Source: an uncultured bacterium
GTDB lineage: Bacteria; Margulisbacteria; WOR-1; JAKLHX01
Length of the DNA: 64,000 nt
Reading direction: 5' to 3'
Assembly: GCA_964597815.1 (NCBI GenBank)
Contig: CAZQZN010000003.1
Coordinates: forward strand, 8,519 to 72,518
The notes beneath the pieces are model-generated. The model had not been told where the DNA came from. It did no database searches and worked only from the letters and a program-made list of their open reading frames with translations. Shown here piece after piece: positions 61,523-64,000 of this stretch. Positions within the stretch are counted from its first letter, which is position 1, and the number at the start of each line of letters is the position of its first letter. The position numbers and the translations under genes are program-made.

Positions 61523-62664
61523 TACCAGTATCACGTCCTTCAATTGGAAAAGAGGAATTAATGGCAGTAGAAAAGGTTTTTCAAACCGGTTGGCTTGGAT
61601 TAGGTTCTTTTGTTTTTGATTTTGAAAATATGATCAAGGAATATCTCCCAGCAAAAAATGTCATTGCTGTCAATACAGGGACAACTGCTTTACATATTGC
61701 TCTTGATGCACTTGGAATTGGCCATGGCGATGAGGTGATTGTCCCATCACTTACCTTTGCTGCTTCTGTTCAAGCCATTACTCAAACTGGTGCTTCTCCT
61801 GTATTTTGTGAAGTAAACGAGTTTGATTTGAATATTGATGTATCGGATGTTAAAAAAAGAATTACTAAAAGAACTAAAGCAATATTGCCAGTCCATTACT
61901 GTGGCAAATCTTGTGATATGGATTCATTAATGGAATTAGCTGATAAGAACGGAATAAAAATTGTTGAAGATGCTGCTCATGCATTTGGATCAAGCTATAA
62001 AGGCAAAAAAATAGGGAGTTTTGGTCACATAACCTGTTTTAGTTTTGATCCGATCAAAAATATTACAACAGGGGAAGGTGGTGCGGTTGTAGTGGGTGAT
62101 GACGAATTGGCTGAAAAAATACGAAGAAAAAGGATCCTTGGTATAGATAAGGATACTTGGTACAGATATCAAAACAAGCGGTCTTGGTTTTATGAGGTGC
62201 TGGAACAAGGGTATCGCTATCACATGAGCAATATAAATGCTGCTATTGGTATTGAGCAGTTCAAAAAACTAGATCGATTTATTTTAAGAAAAAGAGAAAT
62301 TACTAAAAGATATGATCAGGCTTTTTCAGAATTAGATGGCGTCAAAATTTTGGAAAATGATTATAATGAAACGGCTCAATTTTGTTACATAATTAGGGTA
62401 CTTAATAACAAAAGAGACCTCTTGATGGATTATCTAAAGGATAAAGGAATAGGTTCAGGAGTGCATTACATACCTAATCATTTACAACCTTTTTTTAAAA
62501 CTTATCATGTAAAACTTCCGATAACAGAAAAAATTTCTGAGGAGATACTGACTTTGCCGTTATATTACGATATGACAGATTATAATGTAGAATCGGTAAT
62601 TAATTCAGTTAGGAGTTTTTTCATTAATAATAGAGATATTAAATACAGAATTATGAATGCTTGA
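61519..62664 (+). CDS. DegT/DnrJ/EryC1/StrS family aminotransferase
   Basis: FSFDPIKNITTGEGG PLP-Lys motif. Confidence 0.8.
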   Translation: MIPVSRPSIGKEELMAVEKVFQTGWLGLGSFVFDFENMIKEYLPAKNVIAVNTGTTALHIALDALGIGHGDEVIVPSLTFAASVQAITQTGASPVFCEVNEFDLNIDVSDVKKRITKRTKAILPVHYCGKSCDMDSLMELADKNGIKIVEDAAHAFGSSYKGKKIGSFGHITCFSFDPIKNITTGEGGAVVVGDDELAEKIRRKRILGIDKDTWYRYQNKRSWFYEVLEQGYRYHMSNINAAIGIEQFKKLDRFILRKREITKRYDQAFSELDGVKILENDYNETAQFCYIIRVLNNKRDLLMDYLKDKGIGSGVHYIPNHLQPFFKTYHVKLPITEKISEEILTLPLYYDMTDYNVESVINSVRSFFINNRDIKYRIMNA

Positions 62665-62797
62665 TGAAGATGAAGAATGAAGATCGATGAATTATAGGGT
62701 TTGAACAGCTTGTTTTATTAGCATATGTCGTGGTGCAACTTGATTAAGTATTCAGTAAATTCTGTCAATAAGCAGTTAATGATAGAGGACCAAATAA

Positions 62798-63766
62798 ATG
62801 TTGCCTAAAGTAAGTGTTAATATTTGTTGTTACAATAGTGAAAAATTTATTAAAGAGACAATACAAAGTGTTTTAGATCAAACTTATAAAGAATTTGAAA
62901 TTATTATTATTGATGATGGATCAAAAGATAAGACTGGAGAGATAGTTAAAAGCATAAAGGACTCTAGGGTTAAATACTATTATCAGGATAATATGGGACT
63001 ATCAGCATCGAGAAATCGTGCGCTTGAGATGTCTAAAGGGGAATACGTTGCCTTGCTTGATCACGATGATATTTGGGAACCAGAAAAGCTTGAAAAACAA
63101 GTTGCTTTGATTGATTCTAATAAAAATCTTGGACTTGTATTTTCAGATTCATACATTATTGATAAAAATGGAAAAATAAAAGGCACTTTTTTTGAATTGA
63201 ATCGTCCTGCAAGGGGACAAGTTACAAAAGAATTGATTAATGCTGATTTTATTCCATGTTTGACCGCTGTTATGCGAAAAAGTTATATGGAAAAGGTAGG
63301 AAATTTTAAGAATGAACTTAAAATAGCTGAAGAATATGATTATTTTCTAAGGCTCTCGCTTATAAGCGATTTTGATTATGTAAATGCGCCATTGGCAAAA
63401 TATAGATTACATCAAGGAAATGCTAGTAAAGATATAATAAGAATGCACATGGAAGAAATAGTTTGTCTTTCAGAAATATCCAAATCAGTAAATGATGCTG
63501 CAATTATGCAAAATATCGAAAAACGAATAAAAAAAACATTTATGATTATAGGGCTTAATATTGCTGTTTGTTCATATAAAGAAAAAATTGAGAGATGGAA
63601 TGATGCAATAAATGTGTTTGTAAATATTGATTCTGTTTTTAACAAGATAGGGTTTCTGTTATTGTTATTATTTCCATCATATTTGAATATTTTTTTAAAG
63701 AAAATGTTTAAATTCATTAAAATTCTGTTCAATATTAAATTTAAAAAGCAAATACAAAATTTATAA
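62798..63766 (+). CDS. Glycosyltransferase family 2
   Basis: VSVNICCYNSEKFI...IIIDDGSKD and the DHDD (DxD) motif. Confidence 0.8.
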   Translation: MLPKVSVNICCYNSEKFIKETIQSVLDQTYKEFEIIIIDDGSKDKTGEIVKSIKDSRVKYYYQDNMGLSASRNRALEMSKGEYVALLDHDDIWEPEKLEKQVALIDSNKNLGLVFSDSYIIDKNGKIKGTFFELNRPARGQVTKELINADFIPCLTAVMRKSYMEKVGNFKNELKIAEEYDYFLRLSLISDFDYVNAPLAKYRLHQGNASKDIIRMHMEEIVCLSEISKSVNDAAIMQNIEKRIKKTFMIIGLNIAVCSYKEKIERWNDAINVFVNIDSVFNKIGFLLLLLFPSYLNIFLKKMFKFIKILFNIKFKKQIQNL

Positions 63767-63782
63767 AAGCGAAGATTTAATA

Positions 63783-64000
63783 ATGCCATTAATGCATTCT
63801 TATTTTGATTTGCATAAGAAAAAATGGAACAAACAAAATATGCCAAGTAAGTTTAATGATCCAAATGTCTGCGGGTTTTATATGGGGCTTGTTAAAGATT
63901 TATCTTCTTCAGATATTTTAGAACTTTCTGTTTTATATCTTAACAATGATATTATTGCGATGCATTATGGATTTGTTTATAACAATAGATATTATTGGTA
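63783..64000 (+). CDS. Partial CDS running off the window end. Possibly a GNAT/FemAB-like acetyltransferase domain.
   Basis: ATG at 63783 with no stop before the window end. ...LYLNNDIIAMHYGFVYNNRYYW resembles the Acetyltransf_6-type core. Confidence 0.25.
   Translation, partial: MPLMHSYFDLHKKKWNKQNMPSKFNDPNVCGFYMGLVKDLSSSDILELSVLYLNNDIIAMHYGFVYNNRYYW

Noticed and set aside
63783-64000. Calling the terminal partial ORF a definite FemAB/GNAT acetyltransferase
   Set aside because: Only ~70 residues are visible and the match is to a short motif. It is kept as a low-confidence feature only.

Overview
AT-rich (~33% GC) bacterial chromosomal segment, apparently from a diderm lineage that I could not identify from sequence alone. 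The first ~33 kb is core housekeeping, mostly tightly packed and translationally coupled: an LptC-like N-terminal fragment, gap-pgk-ndk, tRNA-Ala, H+-pyrophosphatase, mntP, cstA, patatin-like phospholipase, tRNA-Asn, an SDR, ABC-2 exporter, tspO, citrate synthase, an EF-hand protein, an EF-G paralogue, a surface lipoprotein, glyA-ftsEX, parvulin PPIase, phosphohexomutase, PBP1A, aroQ-map-ispD, a split TSUP permease, a TrpE-like enzyme, and a SEDS RodA/FtsW. From ~33.9 kb to the window end (running off it) there is a very large, same-strand glycan-biosynthesis superlocus with three recognisable parts. (i) A complete GDP-D-glycero-alpha-D-manno-heptose pathway (hddA, hddC, gmhA, gmhB) with its own transaldolase. 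(ii) A legionaminic-acid-type nonulosonate module (NeuA/NeuB/NeuC-like, hexapeptide acetyltransferase, CBS-fused dehydratase, DegT aminotransferase), preceded by an Fe-ADH plus aminotransferase pair. (iii) An unusual block made up of a Wzx flippase, an HpcH/HpaI class II aldolase, two paralogous zinc-ribbon SAM methyltransferases flanking a KdsB-like CMP-transferase, a D-2-hydroxyacid dehydrogenase, an SDR, a HAD phosphatase, a cyclase-family protein, two large HP-motif hypothetical proteins, two more DegT enzymes, a GT2 and a GNAT. This combination does not match any canonical single-sugar pathway and is the most interesting part of the window. Three genes are disrupted: citrate synthase has an in-frame TGA, the EF-G paralogue has two compensating frameshifts, and gmhA has a 1-nt frameshift. 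Either the assembly has indel and substitution errors or these are real pseudogenes. A promoter-to-terminator unit of ~110 nt with no ORF, downstream of the SDR gene, is a candidate small RNA. No CRISPR arrays, transposases, integrases or obvious defence islands were seen.
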